A stretch of 64,000 nt of DNA, from assembly GCF_035084215.1 (NCBI RefSeq), contig NW_027138892.1, positions 62,001 to 126,000 on the forward strand, in the 5' to 3' direction. Every line of letters begins with the position of its first letter. Positions within the stretch are counted from its first letter, which is position 1. The translations under genes and the position numbers were made by a program. Below the pieces are notes generated by a model, which had not been told where the DNA came from, did no database searches, and worked only from the letters and a program-made list of their open reading frames with translations. Below, one piece after another: positions 53,047-64,000 of the stretch. This stretch comes from Heptranchias perlo. Taxonomy: Eukaryota.

Positions 53047-55011
53047 CTGGACTGTTGTCCATGTTGCAGATATTCAACTTGTGTCTTGAAGTTTTATGTT
53101 GCCATCTCTCTGAACTGGGAATGGAATTCAAAGTCTAAGATTAACTTCCAAACATTGTAGTTGAGTGTTCTTGCAGCTGAAATAAAACATTTTGATGTTG
53201 AACTGGTTCCTTTTCTTCAGTAATTGAGCACATTCTAACACCAATGCACGTGGCCTTGCGTCAAACAAAAAAAGTTGTAAGAAATAGGTTGTCACCGTGA
53301 TAAAATCTGATTTGTTTGGGCACATGGATGTTTTAACCCCTTCCCCTCCAGAAGGCTTAATTTGGTTTTGTAGCAGCCTAGGATGGCCATCAGGCCAAAA
53401 TTAGATTTGTACCTAACAGCTTTCAATATTTGGTGTTCTGTAGTAGAGATTAAAGTGTAATCTGATTACAGTAAGACCTCTTCCTCCACATAGGCTTGAA
53501 TCCCTTTTGGAGAGAGTGCATTTTTTTATTACTATTCGTTCATGGGATGTGGGCATCAATGGTGATTACAGTAGTTAACCTTCTGGAATAAACAACCCCA
53601 CACATTGCTGCTGACTTGTCCATTGTAGGACATGAGGGAAGTGTTCCCTGAAGCAGGTATTCAAATTTAAGTAGTTACAAAAATCCTGGAGCAAAGTAAG
53701 ACCAAATCTCCAATTGCTGCTGCTAGGGTTACCTGGCTCTTTCCTCCTTCTCTTCAGCCCATCTTTTTCTTCCTGTGCAGAACTTTGGTCCAGCTCCTGC
53801 TATTTGTTTCAATCTCAATTTTTATTTTCCAGTCTCTGTTCACCTCATGCACCTTTTATATCCTGGACCCCATAGCCTCTAAAATACTTCCATTTGCTGT
53901 TGCAAATCTAAGAGCCCCTCTAAGTTTCCCTTGCTGGATTCTGTTTCATTAAACAGTTCTTGCCCCATTCCCCTCTCCTTGCGAATATAATCTTTGTGTA
54001 ATCTTATTTGGCCTGCAACCAAATGCCACTTATAAGTCTACTGAAGAGTTGGAGAATAGAGCCATCTAATTAAAGGCTAAACCACCAACTACTTGGTCTG
54101 TTTAAAGCTTTAACTGAGTTTGCACCAGTGATGTTCAGGTTATTCTCACACAGGGATCATATGATCAGATCAGTCCATCGACCCCACTTTTCGTTGCTTC
54201 ATCTTTCCTTCACTAGGTTCCACCTTTGATTTTTTAGCCTGCTGTTTGTTGTTGATCCGACAGTATTCTGATGTGATCTGGAACACAAAATATCCACGGA
54301 GCCCCATCCTTCCCTGACCGGATTTAGGGAAATATCAGTAACTCCCCTTTCCAATGAGAAAATTCACCACTCGACTCTTTCCACTTGGTGTTTGACTGTC
54401 CAAAAAGTACAAGAGATTAATCATTGAAACAAGGGATTACCAAACCCAGGAAATACCAGAGAGTCTGTTCACCACTGTCGCTCACTGTATATACAACCAA
54501 CACTACACAGTGTTTGCCTCTCACCGCAATCCCTCCCAACAACAAACCCGCCCCCCACCCCAAATCCCTTCAGTCAATGGTCCACAGTCTCTTCCCCGTG
54601 GAGTGCTCTGCATTTTATTGTTTGTAAAATGTCATGATGACAAAACAAGAACTCAACATGCCGTGGCCCCCTTCACTTTCCAGCCGATGTGTGTACAGAT
54701 GCTCACTGACCCTAGAATTGATGGAGTATTGAAGGACTTGTGTTTAACACGTTCATCACACCCACTTTCCATTCGCCTGACTCGCTGTTGGTTGCTGTTC
54801 ACAGGCTCTGATCTGTTTGGATGTTGCCTCAAACCCGCAGCTACTTGCCAAATAACCAACTCACGGATCCATCCAGAATTATTCAAAGACACTGACCCGC
54901 AAACAACAATTAAACCTGTGGTTCTGGATCTTTGAACCGTCACGATCAGTGACCATAACCGATGGGATGGGGGCCGATCCACCAATTGACAATTTGGTCC
55001 ATTATGGTCAA

Positions 55012-55558
55012 GTGCCCGGGTGGCCCCGGAGAGGGAGCATGTGGTGTCCACCGTTACGCTTGATGCCTTCCGCGACCGCTGGGCACCGCAGGGTATAGAC
55101 TGTCTTTCAGACATCAATAATAGAATCCTGATTTAATTGGGAAAGTATCCTGTTGTTTTTGGTGGCACTTGATGCTTATTTTGGTATCTTTTCAGTTTGA
55201 TTGGACCATCCAATATTAGTGGTGCCCTGAGAGGGCCACTTGTGATGGTTTATGTTTGGTGACCCTGGGGCAACCCAGAGTCTCCCTTATTGGTCCATCA
55301 AAGAAAGGTCGATTATGGTCAAGAATATGGTCGCGATCAGATTTTTTTTTCTTTGGAGTGTGGGATGGAAGAGCAGCCATGGTTTTTTTGCTTTTCCTTT
55401 TTTTGTGTTTTAGGCCCCCCTTTTATAAGAAGGGGAGGGGGGGTTGGTTGTGTTTATGTGCAGTAAATCAATAAACCCAAAATAAGTGTCAAATTATAAT
55501 TTTATTACATCGATCCAGGATGCATTCCAGTCCCTGCGGTGCCCACCGGTCACGGAAA
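55012..55558. mobile_element. Two Tx1 family A-related 3' fragments (55012-55140 +, 55382-55558 -) upstream of ferritin
   Basis: gcccgggtggcccc..cgcgaccgctgggcaccgcaggg; hairpin ggccccccttttataagaagggg plus poly(T). Confidence 0.8.
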
Positions 55559-55609
55559 CAGATTTTACAGTTTGAGGAAAGTCAAAGCAATTGGATCTTT
55601 ATTGAATTG

Positions 55610-55780
55610 TCAGCCAATGATGCTCCTCCTTCAAAGTTCTGACTGGCTCTGGGTGTCATCTCCCCTCCTCCCTTTTCTTGATTGGTGTTCTGAGAGAGGA
55701 TGTAATTTCTGATTGGGTATTGCCAACTGTCACGCATCATCTAGGCTGCCACGCCCAGGATTAACCAGCAGTATAAATAT
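55610..55780 (+). promoter_or_regulatory. Ferritin promoter: CCAAT/ATTGG boxes and TATAAATA (55772-55779)
   Basis: agccaatga ~55612, gattgg ~55680 and ~55711; TATA ~80 nt upstream of the ATG. Confidence 0.7.
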
Positions 55781-55853
55781 GGAGCTTTGGGTGGCTGTTT
55801 TTCAGTTTCTTGCTTCAATAGAGTTGTTTAGTTTTGTTAAAGTTAATTTAAAG

Positions 55854-58410
<2,557 letters not shown>

Positions 58411-59779
58411 ACTGACTGCAGGGATAAAGCTTATTGTTCAGTACTCCTGTTTATAGTCTGAAGAACCCCTATCCTGTAGCAATGGTGACTTTGTACTAAG
58501 AGCTGTGAGACCTGGGCTCTTGATGTGAAATGTAATAGTAACTGGAAATAAACTGTTACAGAAGACTGGGTTTTGGCTCCTTGTAAATTGAGTGATTGCT
58601 TATTTTTCAGATTAACATAATTCAGCTGTTGTAACAAATTACATTGGGCTATGTATTGGCTTTCGGGTGAGATTCTGCCCTATGACATTTTTTCTTCTGG
58701 GGTCATATCAATGTAGTGACTTGGGTGTTGAGAGCCAATGTGTCTGCCTTGAGTGTAAATTGTATTTATGCAGTAAAATGATTACTGCTGATTTCAATGC
58801 AAAGAACAATACAGTAATGAGTTACTGTTCCTATTAGTACTGCATATTATCAACTGTTTAACTCATTAATGATGCAAAATCAGCTGCTGTAACATTTTGT
58901 TCCAATAAAACACAAGGAAAGTGAACTAGTAATTTCAGTCCAATAGGCAATTTTTTGAAGAATAGTATCTGCCTGGGGAAGAACAATCCAGATGCTTTTT
59001 TTTCAAAGATGCGACAGACCTCAGTAGGTAGTTGGGGTAGCTTATGAAATCACTCACTATTACTCCTAATAAACTGTTTGTTTGGAGTCAAATAGGTCTC
59101 ATATGGGGGAGTGCAGGTTCCCTGTTTGTCTATTTCCCTTCATTTTCATCTTCTGCCCCCAACCCCCTGTTAATCTCCCCCATGAATAATAAATTGGGTA
59201 TGGTACAGGAAAAAATACCTCGAACTAAACTCCAGCAAACAAAATCTTCCTTCTGGGAGATGTAGTAAATGCACTAAACAACGAACTTGAACCATTAAGT
59301 TGAATAGATAAGGCTCCTAAACTCTTCCATACCACTACTGTTCCATCAATTCATAAACCCAATATAAGCAGCTCATCCATAAATCTATCAATTTGTATTT
59401 ATCCCATTGTGCAGTTAATACTAGATTACAATTCTAAATTCTGCTGGATCACCATTTCATTGAAACCAAGTTAAATAGATATTTTGCCTGAAACTCCACA
59501 TCCCAATGCCATCAATTCATAAACACAATACAATCAGCTCCTCCATAAATGTGTCGATTTGCCTCTAGTCCTATTGTGTGTTCCATACCAAATTCTAATC
59601 AACCTTTCCAAATCCTATGGGTTCTCCATTCATCTCCTTCACCCCTATGAATGGATTCAAATGTTGATGCTGTAGCTGTAATTATCCAGTGTTTCCAAGT
59701 GAAGTTTAGGAACTTGTGACTTGCACTGGGTGTGATAGAATTGCCGTCTTCAGTCAGTCCATGTTAATATCTTTATATT

Positions 59780-60070
59780 GATGGAGTAAATAAGGGGAAA
59801 CTGATTCCAGTAGCAGACCGGTTAGTAACCAGCAAACACAGATTTAAGGTGATTGGTAAAAGAACCAGAAGTGACACGAAACTTTTTTCAGTGTTCTGAT
59901 CTGGAATGCATTGCCTCATCGGGTGGTGGAAGCAGATTTAATAACTTTCAAAAGGAAATTGGATAAATACTTGAAGGGGGAAAGAGCAGGGGAGTGGGAC
60001 TAATTGGATAGCTCTTTCAAAGAGGCAGCATAGGCACAATGGGCTGAATGGCTTCTTTCTGTGCTGTAAT
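59780..60070 (+). mobile_element. CR1 3' fragment
   Basis: Similar to other CR1 ends in the window (gtggaagcagat..ggataaatacttgaagggg). Confidence 0.7.
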
Positions 60071-60189
60071 AGTAGGATATTATGATCTCTAAAGGCACTT
60101 TTGGGATATCAATGTCACCACATTTCATACGTTGTTGAGCCATAATTTTAGGAGTCAGTGTGGATTATCTGGTAGCTTTGACTGCTGCA

Positions 60190-60568
60190 TAGTTCGCACC
60201 TTTGAGGTGTAGTCACTGTTGTAAGGTAAGAAATGCGGCAGTCAATTTGCCTCCAGCAAGGACCCAAAAACAGCAATGAAATATTGACCTGATAATCTGT
60301 TTTAGTGATGTTAGTTGAGGGATAAATATTGGTCCAGATATTGGGGAGAACTCCGCTGCTCTTCCTCGAAATAGTGCTGTGGGATATTTTACGTCCACCT
60401 GAGAGAGCAGATGAGGCCTCGATTTAATATCACATCCAAAAGACGGCACCTCCGACAGTACAGCACTCCCTTAGTCAGCCTAGATTATGTGCTCAAGTCT
60501 CTAGATGATGACTTGAACCAACAACCTTCTGACTCTGAGGTGAGAGTGCTGCCACTGAGCCACAGCTG
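60190..60568 (-). mobile_element. tRNA-derived SINE (same family as 43194), uninterrupted
   Basis: Reverse complement head tcagctgtggctcagtggcagcactctcacctcagagtcagaaggttg. Confidence 0.75.
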
Positions 60569-61000
60569 ACACAAATGGAGATGTTTGTGTGGGTGACATT
60601 GCATTCAGTAATCTTCACTGCCTCTCATTCTCGCTGAATATCCTGAATTTTACCAAACAACATTTCATGAGAATCAAAACTAAAAATGATGCATCCCACA
60701 ATGCTTTGCCCAGTTGATGCCCCCATGCTGCCAATCCTCAGACACACCCATTCTCGATATTAGAACTGGGGACGATTCACACCATCCATGGGATGGAATT
60801 TCCATTTCTCTGACCAATGGTGGTTTGCAAATTCACTCAAGACAACTTGATTGCTTTGAATATTGTCTCAACATCACAATCACCAACAAGTAATAAACTT
60901 GACCAGATTATGAAAAGCCACTTCAGTGAAAATATCAAATTATTATCAAATAATTCAAAGTTATGATTCCAAGAGATTGAAACAAAGAGAAACTTTCAGA

Positions 61001-62856
61001 TTTTTTTTTTCTTTTTTTTTTCACTTTCAGATTTTTTTTTCCCTTTTTTTCCTTTTTTTTTATTTTGTTAGGCCCCCCTTTTATAAGAAGGGGGTGTGGG
61101 GTGTGCTTAAATACTAAAACCAAACAAACCAAAACCAAGTGTTCAAATTAAAATTTTATTCTCCTCGTCCAGGATACACTCCAGCCCCTGCAGTGCCCAC
61201 CGGTCGTGGAAAGCCTCGAGCGTACCGGCAGACACCGCGTGCTCCATCTCCAGGGCCAGCCGGGCGCGGAGCATTCCGCGGAAGAGAGGCAGACAGGCCG
61301 AGCGACCGCCCCCACGGACCACGATCATCCGAGACCTGTGGATGGCCACCTTGGACAGGCCCAGGAGCAGGCCCACGAGAACGTCCACCGACCTGCCCGC
61401 TCCCCTCCTCACCGGGCGGCCAAAGATCAGGAGCGTGGGACTGAAATGCAGCCAGAACTTGAGGAGCAGCCCCTTCAAATAATCAAACAGGGGCTGCAGT
61501 CTCGCACACCCCGTGAACAAATGAAACACGGACTCCTCCGGGCCGCAGAAATCACAAGCGGCCTGGGTGTCCGTGAAATGGCGTAACCGCCGGTTGCACG
61601 CGACTGCTCCGTGCGCCACCCTCCACCCCAGATCCCCGATGGAACACGGGAGGATCCCTGAGTAGAGAGCCCCCCACTGGGAACCCCCGTCTCCGCCGGA
61701 TGGCAGGATGGTACGCCAGGGCGTGTCCGGCCGAGAGACGAGGGCGAGGAAGTGGATGGTGTGCAGGAGCAGCCCGTACAGGAAATCCCTCCGCGCGGTG
61801 TGAAACGGCACGGAGGGAATTTCCGAGAGACGGCTCAAGTTGTGAGGCGCGGCCCCCCGAGGGAGGTTCCGGGGTTTGGCGCCGAGGAGGAACTCCGTCC
61901 GAACGGGGGTCAGGTCGGACGGGATGGCTCCGCACGCCTGAGCCGCCTCCACACCCCGAGTGGAGTCAGGGCCGAGCGCAGATTTCAACGCCCGGATGGC
62001 GATGGCCGCGTCCCCGGCACGCCACGAGGACATCCGTGCGGCGAGCGCCCACGGCTCCAACCAACCCGACCCACCGCCATCCAGGACGTCCCTGACTCTG
62101 GTCACCCGACCGGCCACGGCCCTCCGCACCGACAGCCGCGAGTGGCCGAAGCCGACATCGCGGAGGAACGGATTCCCGAGCAGCGGCTCCTGCAGGACGG
62201 CCGCTACCCCTGACGGGCGAGAGCTCCGACCGGAGGCGACCATGTTCCAGACCCTGAGCAGATCCTGGTACAAGACAGGCAGCTCCTGCAAAGACGTGCG
62301 GCCGCCCAACAGCGAGACGAACAGGAGCTGCGTGTCGTAGTTCAGGCCGTGCAGCTGGCGGAAAAAATACGTCGCCAGCGCACGCCATCTAAGAGGACGC
62401 TCAACGTACAGGTATCGCCGCAGCATCCAAAGGCGGAAAGTTGCCACCTGGGTGCGGACGCACACCAGCCCCTGACCGCCCTCCCTAAGCGGGAGACTCA
62501 GGACCGCGGCAGCGACCCAGTGTATCCCTCTGGCCCAGAAGAAGTCGACGAACTTCCTCTGAATCTTGGCGACAAACTCGGGGGGTGGGGTCAAAGTGAC
62601 CAACCGGTACCACAACATGGCGGCCACCAGCTGGTTTATGACCAGCACTCGACCCCTGTAGGATAACACTCGGAGCAGTCCTGTCCAGCGCGCCAGGCGA
62701 GCGGCGACCTTGGCCTCCAGCTCTTCCCAGTTCGCCGGCCAGGCTTCCTCGGCAGGGCCGAGGTCGACTCCCAGGTACCGGAGGTGCGTGGTACTCCAGG
62801 CGAAAGGCCTGAGCTCCTCCGGCAGGGAGTCCACCCGCCACTGACCCACCAGAAAA
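61001..62856 (-). mobile_element. Tx1 family A ORF2 fragment (inverted paralogue of 40496-42308)
   Basis: 630-aa frame nearly identical to 40317..42209; hairpin and poly(A) at ~61001-61095. Confidence 0.93.
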
Positions 62857-62884
62857 CTAGACGAAACTGGAGTGCATCCTGGAT

Positions 62885-63188
62885 ATCCACAGGTCCAGGA
62901 TGCTCGCGGTCCGTGGGGGCGGGCGCTCGGCCTGTCTGCCTCTCTTTCGCGGGTTGCTCCGCGCCCGGGTGGCCCTGGAGATGGAGCACGCGGTGTCTGC
63001 CGGTACGCTTGAGGCTTTCCACGACCGGTGGGCACTGCAGGGGCTGGAGTGCATCCTGGACGAGGAAAATAAAATTTTAATTTGATGCCTGGTTTCGTTT
63101 TATTTGGTTTTTAGTACTTAAGCACACCCTACACCCCCCCCTTCTGATAAAAGGGGGGCCTAAAAAACACAAAAAAAAGGAAAAAAAA
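62885..63188 (+). mobile_element. Tx1 family A short 3' copy abutting the second ZP3 5'UTR
   Basis: Mirror of 40161-40467; hairpin loop reads ctgataaaagggggg. Confidence 0.9.
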
Positions 63189-63300
63189 GGGTGCTGGTTG
63201 GTGGGTAAAGTGATAAAAGAAAAAGAAAAAAAGGGAAAAAAAAGAGAAAAAAAAAAGGTGCTGGTTGGTGGGTAAAGTGATAGTTGAGTTGTTTGGTATC

Positions 63301-63702
63301 ATGGGGGATTTTGTAATGAGAGGTTTGTTCCCAGTGCTGGTGTTAGTTGGAGCCGTTTGTTGCTCTGATATTTGGCAACAGTTTCGAGGCCAGAGATTTC
63401 CATGGAGAAGAGTAAAACCCACCCCTGTGCCCCAGAGAGTCCCTCCCCCTGTCCCTCCCTTTGATTCCCATTTCAGTGTGTCTGAGGGGAGAAGTCTGTC
63501 TCCACTGCAGACTGTGATGGTGCAGTGTGGAGAGCAGAACCTGCTGGTGAGGGTAGACATGGATTTATTTAGAACCAGGCACCTGATTAAAGCTGCTGAC
63601 CTGACCCTGGGGACAGCAGGTTGTCGGCCAACTGGGATCTACTCTCAAAACCACACTGTCCTCTTTGACTATGGGCTCCATGAATGTGGCAGCAGATTGC
63701 AG
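63301..63702 (+). CDS. zp3: ZP3-like, exon 1 of a second copy (gene continues past the window end)
   Basis: MGDFVMRGLFPVLVLVGAVCC..YGLHECGSRLQ|gtaatg; near-identical to 40116-39715. Confidence 0.9.
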
Positions 63703-64000
63703 GTAATGTGATTCCTCAACTCTTCCTCCAATTTCACTGTGTAGATTACTGCCCACTCTGAACTCATTAACATCGGGTGAAACTCCAGCCACTGAGGAGA
63801 TCCTTGAATGAAATCTGTGTATAAATTTTTGCCCACTGTGAAGTATCACCCTGTGTGAAACTACTTCTTTATGTTGACATGTCAATCTTCACTTTATATT
63901 TAAAAAGAACTTCAACTTGTCACTGAGGGACTGCATCTTTCTTAAATGGGTCATTGCTACTCTCCAACTCTGAGATTCAATTCGATTGACCTTGAACCTT

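Overview
This is eukaryotic, repeat-rich vertebrate DNA. The repeat repertoire (CR1/L2 LINEs, Penelope elements, Deu-domain-type SINE, Tx1) points to a cartilaginous fish, probably a shark; this is inferred, not proven. Left half (1-34 kb): a tRNA gene and pseudogene cluster (His, Asp, Leu, Phe, Ser, Val) built from duplicated modules, including a large inverted duplication (~13.5-20.8 kb vs ~25.5-34 kb) and many LINE fragments. Right half (37-64 kb): an inverted arrangement of ZP3(-), ferritin pseudogene(-), ferritin(+), ferritin(+) and ZP3(+, cut by the window end). Most long ORFs in the track are retroelement-derived or spurious; the host genes are spliced. The most striking observation is one Tx1-clade non-LTR family whose ~12 fragments sit almost only at gene 5' ends: between TATA box and expected start site of a ferritin (with target-site duplication), 44 nt upstream of both ZP3 ATGs, and upstream of a tRNA-Asp. 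Its 3' terminus is a hairpin containing TATAAAAGGGGGG, which could replace the promoter it disrupts. The ferritins also lack an intact iron-responsive element, and one keeps a recognisable relic. Coordinates were read by eye and may be off by a few bases.
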